A stretch of 64,000 nt of DNA from a virus. Location: positions 1 to 64,000 of the IMG/VR virus record IMGVR_UViG_3300023179_009503. One strand, written 5' to 3'. Below are positions 58,298 to 64,000 of this stretch, piece by piece; position 1 is the first letter of the stretch, and each line of letters opens with the position of its first letter. Made by a program: the position numbers and the translations under genes. The notes beneath the pieces are model-generated. The model saw only the letters and a list, made by a program, of their open reading frames with translations. It had not been told where the DNA came from and did no database searches.

Positions 58298-58866
58298 TAT
58301 TTTTCTAAGATTTTATAACCGGTAAATAAGCTTTTCCACAAATCAAATGCAACTTCATGTAACTTACTGTATACGTCTGGGAGTGTAAGATTTTCTATAC
58401 CTATACCCTGACTTAACAGAATTTCACCTGCATCTACCTCGGGTACTACTCTATGTATAACGCAACCTGCATGCTTATACCCTTCTAGGAACGCTCTCTC
58501 TTGCGGATTAAACCCTTTAAGAGAAGGGTACTTATCAATAAGACCGGGGTGTAGATTATAAATTTCGTATTTATTACAGATATCTTTAGGTATAATTCTC
58601 AGATAGCCGTGCAGAGTTATAACTGGATTACTAAATTGACTTAAAATATGCTCATAGCTTTCTACAGACGGTTTAGATTGCAACATATACCATATAGTCC
58701 TATTAAGTTTATGCTCCCTAAACGTGGTTGTAGTCAGCAAATCTTTATTAACACCATCTGTGGTCAAGCGGTTTGTAACAATTGCATCAGGGTAAATGCT
58801 AAGAGCATTACAAAGATTATTAATCTCTGTACCTGTTTGTGAAAAAAAAGCTATCCAAGGTCTCAT
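58297..58866 (-). CDS. PurN-like formyltransferase (candidate DpdN, preQ1 formyltransferase)
   Basis: FSQTGT; LHGYLRI; YNLHPG; GCVIHRV..EVDAGEI; adjacent to the DpdA-like gene. Confidence 0.8.
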   Translation of the reverse strand: MRPWIAFFSQTGTEINNLCNALSIYPDAIVTNRLTTDGVNKDLLTTTTFREHKLNRTIWYMLQSKPSVESYEHILSQFSNPVITLHGYLRIIPKDICNKYEIYNLHPGLIDKYPSLKGFNPQERAFLEGYKHAGCVIHRVVPEVDAGEILLSQGIGIENLTLPDVYSKLHEVAFDLWKSLFTGYKILEK

Positions 58867-59675
58867 CTTCTAATAATCTTTTTAAACATCGATGTATTAT
58901 ATTTGATTAATTCTAGCTGATCATCAGTAACTTGATGTGAAATTAGATCAGCTAACTTAGTAGTTGGCTTATTGCTTAAACCGTAATCAGCATCATATTT
59001 TAATCCGAATATTGCGCATACAATAGGATTACTAGTATCACAAGAGACAATATTGTGTATGTTTCTATCGACATAATAACGAAATTCTTTTGCTAAGGAG
59101 CAGCCTAAAAGATGATGAGGCTTGCTCCAATCCCATACATTACTATTTATTAAATCAGCTATAAAACGTTGCCGACCTGAACAATACCGCTCAAGATTTG
59201 TCTTACCGTACCCTGTAGTTTGATAATAACTAAAATCAAAACTAATAGCTATCATATCTGCGTTATCAGACATAAATTTGTAGCAATCAACCAAATCTTT
59301 CCAGGTTTTCCCTTGTACTGCGCCAATAGCTTTTGTATAAAAGCTCTGCTTTAATGAATCAGCTTTATCTTCAAAAGATCCCCAACTTTCTACGGTGCCG
59401 TCCGCATCTTCTAAAACATCCGGTACAATAAACATATTTGGTTTAATATCTAGCCCGGCTTTATAAAATTCTTCTGAATCAAACGCTTTGCCTAATTCAA
59501 ATATAGAGTTATCTAATAAAACCTCTCTATTATAAGTATCTCTTGCTGACTTAAAATAATTGTAATATTCCAGGTAATCTTTAAATAGATGAACTAATGC
59601 ATAGTCAAAATCGTTGTAACTTCTTGATTCATTTAGTATAGATATAGGCGATTCGTGCGAAACTTTCATTAGCAT
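58863..59675 (-). CDS. dpdA: Divergent TGT-fold guanine transglycosylase (DpdA-like, probably DpdA3-type)
   Basis: LLDNSIFE; VPDV; AVQG; HHLLG; SCDTS.P; no C-terminal zinc motif; full Que pathway present. Confidence 0.75.
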   Translation of the reverse strand: MLMKVSHESPISILNESRSYNDFDYALVHLFKDYLEYYNYFKSARDTYNREVLLDNSIFELGKAFDSEEFYKAGLDIKPNMFIVPDVLEDADGTVESWGSFEDKADSLKQSFYTKAIGAVQGKTWKDLVDCYKFMSDNADMIAISFDFSYYQTTGYGKTNLERYCSGRQRFIADLINSNVWDWSKPHHLLGCSLAKEFRYYVDRNIHNIVSCDTSNPIVCAIFGLKYDADYGLSNKPTTKLADLISHQVTDDQLELIKYNTSMFKKIIRR

Positions 59676-59711
59676 AATTATATTATAAATGTAAATAATA
59701 AGTAGATCAAC

Positions 59712-62549
59712 ATGAATTATCCCAAATACTATGGTAATTATCTAGGTATAGTCGTACAAAATAATGATCCACTTAAAAGAGGTAGGGTAAAAGTCTTTGT
59801 ACCGCATATTTCGCCGACTGTTTATAAAAAATGGAATGAAGTTTCTAAAGATAAAAAGTTTAGATTTATAGGTGCAAATGTTTGCAGTGATATAACAGAA
59901 ATTCTAGAAGATTTAAAATTAATTTTACCATGGGCTGAAATGGCTGCACCTTTAGCAGGTGAAAGCGCTAGCGGTAGATTTAATGCTTTTTTAAACGCTT
60001 CAACTATTAGTGATAGTAGTAATTTCGAAACTGCTTTTGTTAATTTAAGTTCTTGTGAACCAAATCAAGAAGAAGTGTCCGAAGATACACAAAATGTAGA
60101 TAATATAGGTGAGAAACCCGCTAACATATATGATATTTCGTATTTTAAATTAAAAGATGCATTTAGTAATCCTGCAGAAGTTAATGCCAATACGGCTAAT
60201 GAATTTTCTTTTTGCTATAAACCTGAAGCATATAGTAATTGTGCTAAGGGAGCATTTCCTCTGCTTAGAGTTGGTGCGCATGTATGGGTATTTTTTAATG
60301 ACGGAGATCCGCTCAAACCAGTAGTATTTGCCGCATCTTTTGGAAGTGAGGATTGGAAAGGCATACATGACATAATTGATGATGATGTTGGTAGTAATGA
60401 GCCTGATGAAGGTATGGATTACCCAGGGACATATGAAAATGTCGCTAAAACAGAAAATGAAAATGAAGATATTAATACACAGACTTATCGAAATAAGTAT
60501 GTCATCAATCAAAAAGGCGGTACAATAGCATTCGTTAACACAGATAACAAAGAAGTTTTAAAATTGACTCATTATTCAGGGTCTTTTAAAGAGTTTAATA
60601 ACAAAGTAAATATTGAATTAGCTACAGGTAACGATCAGAAATTAGTTTTAAGAAATCAATTTTTAACAGTAAGAGGAAGTAGAAGTGAGTTTACAGAGCT
60701 AGATTATGATAGTATAGTTCGAGGTGACTTTTATAAAAAAATAGGTCTGCTCAATACAGACGTACATGAACAATGGAAAGAAAAGGTTTCTCTCATTAAT
60801 CAGATTAAAACTTTATTTAATATTGATAGAGCTAGCGGAGGAAATTATGATGTATGTCCATCTTGTAACAAGCCTATAGATAAAAGATTTTTAATTAATT
60901 CTTATGTTGAAGAAGGTAATAACCAACAATTTTTGTTTGATATTATGAACGCTACATCTTCTTCCAGTAAAGCTAATAGCGCTTGGAGCAAAGGGCTTAC
61001 CCCTTCTGGGTTAGTTGAAAATATTAAAGTCGGGCCTAAAGGGCAACCAGTCTTAAAAGATCCTACAGAAACTATTGATGGTACAGCAGATGGCAGCTCT
61101 TTCTTTCCTCCCCCTGGTAATGCATTTGGCTCGACTTGTAAAACTTGTGGTGGATCAGGAAATAGTCCTAGTTCTGCGGGTGGCAGTTTTTCAAAAACAC
61201 CAGAAAAATCACAAATACCAGATTTAATTAAAGGAAAAATAGGAGAGCTTACAGAATTAGAAAAACAAATGGGGCTAGGTGGAAGTGAGATTATTGAAAT
61301 AACAAAAAATAAAATTGAAACTATTGGTATGACTATGAATGATTTTTCTCCTTTAAGAGTCGATCCTGAAGGTAGATTACTAATATCAGAAGTCGCAGTA
61401 TCTAAATACGGTGCATATACAGCAAGAAAACCCTCTCCATATTTTGAAAAAGTTCAAGTTGATGATCTACCTGGCGGCTCATACACATTAAACGTATGCA
61501 ACAAATATAATGTAATGGTTGGTGCAGGGGGACTGAACTTAAAAAGCTTTGGTATTGTTAATATTGCTGGTGCTATGACTAATATAACAGGCATGCAAGT
61601 TAATATAGGTAGTCAGCATGAAATTAATATTGATGGTGGACAGCGACTGAATTTAATTGCTGATACTGTAAGCGTCTCGCAAAGAGAAAATAAGCAAGTT
61701 GTTGTAGGTGGGTCGCTAGGTGTTACTCATAATGTTACGATTGAAGGCGGTCTTCATGTAGAAGGAGAGCTTTCCTGTAACCACTTAACTGTGCCTATGC
61801 AAGCACTAGAAACCGGAGAAGCAAATGTATATGCATCTCCAAATACAGATGCACAAAATAAAAACGGTTATGTTATAGGGTTTGCTGTTCCAATGTCTAA
61901 TTACGCCACAGTTAATGATGCAAAAAATAAAACGTATAAAGAAGGACAGCCTAAAGATACCGGTGAGCCGTATTTAGGTTTTACAGATGCATCTGTAGTC
62001 GCAGGTCGTATTAAGAAAAAGACAAAAATAGGATATCTCAAGAGAGACGAGGTTATAGGCTATATTGACCCTACTGATTATAATAAAATATTTGCACCGG
62101 ATGTAGGCGGCCCGTGTTATGGGAGCCAGCGCATACCGATTTACGCCACTAAAAATGTTAATACATTAGAGGATGTTCCTGTCTTAGCTTCTGATGTCGG
62201 CGAAGAAGCTGATGCTAAAGATATTCCGATTTATGGGTCCGGACCCGGTGATGATGCAGATCTTCGAAATGGTACGGTTCGAGCTAGTATTAAAGGATCT
62301 GATGCAGGAACAGGCGGAAAAGACCCAGAAAAAATGCCATTTATTGTATACGGCTCTGGCGCAGATCCGGATTCTATTTTAAGCTATCCTCATACACATA
62401 CATATCAAACACTTGCTGTTGATCTAAAGAAAGCGCAGTATGAAGTAAGACAAGAGGTAATCGATCGAGGCGACGCGCGCGGAATGGCTAAGCTGCCTAC
62501 AAATGCTCCTCAAGGTGATAACCGTAGTATTAATTCAATTGAAGGTTAG
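59712..62549 (+). CDS. gp5: Baseplate hub/central spike, gp5-like
   Basis: YLGIVVQNNDPLKRGRVKV OB-fold; WAE; VWVFF..GD...PV; HYSGSF.E; beta-helix repeats; HTH tip motif. Confidence 0.85.
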   Translation: MNYPKYYGNYLGIVVQNNDPLKRGRVKVFVPHISPTVYKKWNEVSKDKKFRFIGANVCSDITEILEDLKLILPWAEMAAPLAGESASGRFNAFLNASTISDSSNFETAFVNLSSCEPNQEEVSEDTQNVDNIGEKPANIYDISYFKLKDAFSNPAEVNANTANEFSFCYKPEAYSNCAKGAFPLLRVGAHVWVFFNDGDPLKPVVFAASFGSEDWKGIHDIIDDDVGSNEPDEGMDYPGTYENVAKTENENEDINTQTYRNKYVINQKGGTIAFVNTDNKEVLKLTHYSGSFKEFNNKVNIELATGNDQKLVLRNQFLTVRGSRSEFTELDYDSIVRGDFYKKIGLLNTDVHEQWKEKVSLINQIKTLFNIDRASGGNYDVCPSCNKPIDKRFLINSYVEEGNNQQFLFDIMNATSSSSKANSAWSKGLTPSGLVENIKVGPKGQPVLKDPTETIDGTADGSSFFPPPGNAFGSTCKTCGGSGNSPSSAGGSFSKTPEKSQIPDLIKGKIGELTELEKQMGLGGSEIIEITKNKIETIGMTMNDFSPLRVDPEGRLLISEVAVSKYGAYTARKPSPYFEKVQVDDLPGGSYTLNVCNKYNVMVGAGGLNLKSFGIVNIAGAMTNITGMQVNIGSQHEINIDGGQRLNLIADTVSVSQRENKQVVVGGSLGVTHNVTIEGGLHVEGELSCNHLTVPMQALETGEANVYASPNTDAQNKNGYVIGFAVPMSNYATVNDAKNKTYKEGQPKDTGEPYLGFTDASVVAGRIKKKTKIGYLKRDEVIGYIDPTDYNKIFAPDVGGPCYGSQRIPIYATKNVNTLEDVPVLASDVGEEADAKDIPIYGSGPGDDADLRNGTVRASIKGSDAGTGGKDPEKMPFIVYGSGADPDSILSYPHTHTYQTLAVDLKKAQYEVRQEVIDRGDARGMAKLPTNAPQGDNRSINSIEG

Positions 62550-62740
62550 TTTTTATTTTTCCAGTCAACTCTATGTTTTATATTCCAGTCTAATAAAGCA
62601 CGTTCGAACCCTACATCTTTACCTTCTTTTTCAGACATAAACCATTTATGTCGTAAGATTTCTTCGCGTTCTTTAAAAAATTCTTTATAAAGATTAGAAT
62701 TTCTTAAAATAGTATCTGAAGACGACAGGGAGCTCGTCAT
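62546..62740 (-). CDS. DUF4032-like small protein
   Basis: SNLYKEF..EREEILRHKWFMSEKEGKDVGFERALLDW; TAAATA-N5-ATG. Confidence 0.7.
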   Translation of the reverse strand: MTSSLSSSDTILRNSNLYKEFFKEREEILRHKWFMSEKEGKDVGFERALLDWNIKHRVDWKNKN

Positions 62741-62764
62741 ATTATTATTTATTTAATAAAGTAT

Positions 62765-62832
62765 AAAAAACACTAGTCACCTCAAAGGTGCCCACCGTCC
62801 CACCCCTAGTGCATATATGCTTTGCTCCTTCT
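62765..62832 (-). ncRNA. Candidate ~68-nt late small RNA
   Basis: TATAAATA (62845-62838) + N5, then a GC-rich sequence closed by CACTAG/CTAGTG pairing and a T6 tract. Confidence 0.5.
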
Positions 62833-62845
62833 AAATTTATTTATA

Positions 62846-63070
62846 TTACTCTAACAGCTTTTTTTTCAAAGAATTAAAAATTTCTTTTTTTTCGTCTAAT
62901 GCTTGCGTTTGTAAAACATCAATCATTTTTAATATAACATTTAATCTTAGCATTTTTAAATACTGAAACTTAGCACTAATGTTAATCGGCTCAAACATTT
63001 TTTCACAAATCAAAAATAATATAGAAAGCTCATCATCATTAAGAGATCTTAATGTTTGCTCGTAGATCAT
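62846..63070 (-). CDS. Hypothetical protein
   Basis: ATGA-coupled to the nrdB stop. Confidence 0.55.
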   Translation of the reverse strand: MIYEQTLRSLNDDELSILFLICEKMFEPINISAKFQYLKMLRLNVILKMIDVLQTQALDEKKEIFNSLKKKLLE

Positions 63071-64000
63071 AATTTTATATCTAAAAATGATTCTTCTGTT
63101 ATATTAGTATCGCGTGCGCCTATTTTATAGGAAGAAATCTCTGTCTCTTGAGGCGCAACCTGAACTTTGCTACTATCTAAATAACTATCCAGCCACCCAG
63201 ATATAGGATTTTCTTTTTGATTATATATTTTCTTGTAACCTAAGGATCTTAATCGATTATCACAAAGCCACTTTGCATAACCGCCTAATACATCTATATT
63301 AAGCCCTAATAATGACCCTTTACTAAACAAAAATTCTGCCCACTCTATTTCATTCTTAACAGCTTGCTCATATATAGCATATATTTTATCTTCACTCTTT
63401 TTTACTATAGAAGTAAATCCTTCTTTTTCTTCGTCGCGCAAAATTTTAAGTAAATTTTGTGTTATAGCAAAATGTTGAGATTCATCTCTTTGAATAAATT
63501 TTATAATCTTTGCATTGCCTTCCATCTTACCCCGATATCCAAAATAAAATGAGCATGCAAAGCTCACATAAAAAACCAGCCCTTCCATTACATTAACTGA
63601 CAAAATACAATCAAATATTTTCTGCTTTAAATCTTTTCTATCTTCATCACCAAGAATTTTATCATAATTATTTCTAATTAATTCTGCTCTACGAACAATT
63701 TCTTTATCTTCCATTATGCTATCAAAAAAAGCAGAAGCATCAGGGTGTACATTATTTAAAAGATAAGAATAGCTATAACTATGTATACCTTCAAAACGTT
63801 GCCAAGTATTCATGCATATCTCTAATTCTGGATTTGAAACATAGTCTTTTAAGGAATGTATAGACCTAGAGAGCATGCTATCCCCTAATGTTTGAAATCT
63901 CAAGTTTTGATCAAAAACAAATCTTTCTTCTTTAGAAAGCTCTTTATAATCACTCCTATCTTTACCTAGCGCTATTTCATGAGGCCACCAAAAAAACTCT
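63067..64000 (-). CDS. nrdB: Ribonucleotide reductase class Ia beta subunit, 5'-truncated
   Basis: FWWPHEI; FQTLGDS; EGIHSYSY; EGLVFYVSF; RDESQH; VAPQETEI; frame open to the window edge. Confidence 0.95.
   Translation of the reverse strand, partial: EFFWWPHEIALGKDRSDYKELSKEERFVFDQNLRFQTLGDSMLSRSIHSLKDYVSNPELEICMNTWQRFEGIHSYSYSYLLNNVHPDASAFFDSIMEDKEIVRRAELIRNNYDKILGDEDRKDLKQKIFDCILSVNVMEGLVFYVSFACSFYFGYRGKMEGNAKIIKFIQRDESQHFAITQNLLKILRDEEKEGFTSIVKKSEDKIYAIYEQAVKNEIEWAEFLFSKGSLLGLNIDVLGGYAKWLCDNRLRSLGYKKIYNQKENPISGWLDSYLDSSKVQVAPQETEISSYKIGARDTNITEESFLDIKL

Noticed and set aside
58297-58866. Ordinary purine-biosynthesis purN
   Set aside because: No other pur genes are in the window and it is coupled to the DpdA-like gene; a purine role is not excluded but is less likely
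329-62382. Short ORFs nested in or antisense to real genes (e.g. 329-520, 13423-13713, 14945-15265, 34902-35453, 49820-50038, 54119-54810, 60150-60512)
   Set aside because: They overlap well-supported genes, have no promoter signature or motifs, and are explained by codon bias of the real gene
1-64000. Stop-codon reassignment
   Set aside because: Core genes are full length in the standard code, and TAA, TGA and TAG all end genes at expected positions
1-64000. CRISPR arrays, tRNAs, introns or inteins
   Set aside because: Intergenic gaps are short, no repeat-spacer or cloverleaf pattern was seen, and gp43, gp41, UvsX, gp20 and gp23 have normal uninterrupted lengths

Overview
A 64-kb segment of a large, AT-rich T4-like myophage genome (standard genetic code; no tRNA, CRISPR, intron or intein seen). 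It holds the T4 replication/recombination core (gp61, gp45, gp32, gp59-like, gp41, UvsX, gp43, gp46/47, gp55, UvsW, UvsY, gp62, partial nrdB) and head/neck/baseplate genes (gp14, gp15, gp20, gp13, gp4, gp21, gp22, gp23, gp5). A complete 7-deazaguanine pathway is present (folE, queD, queE, queC, queF), plus an operon of TGT/DpdA-like, PurN-like formyltransferase, GMP reductase, Nmad1 and kinase genes. There are also six glycosyltransferase-like genes, a ribosomal protein bS21 and many candidate head-packaged proteins. Main observations: (1) an 87-aa late gene carries a 20/22-identical, synonymously diverged copy of the major capsid protein's mature N-arm; (2) the guanine-replacement operon looks built for nucleotide-pool-level substitution; (3) most transcription units appear leaderless (TAAATA-N5-start for late genes, TTGnnn-N16-TATAAT-N6-start for early genes), alongside bS21, a late SD-bearing small RNA candidate, and an amidotransferase missed by the ORF track that starts at AUU behind a perfect Shine-Dalgarno. 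Family calls come from motif recognition only; no database search was run.
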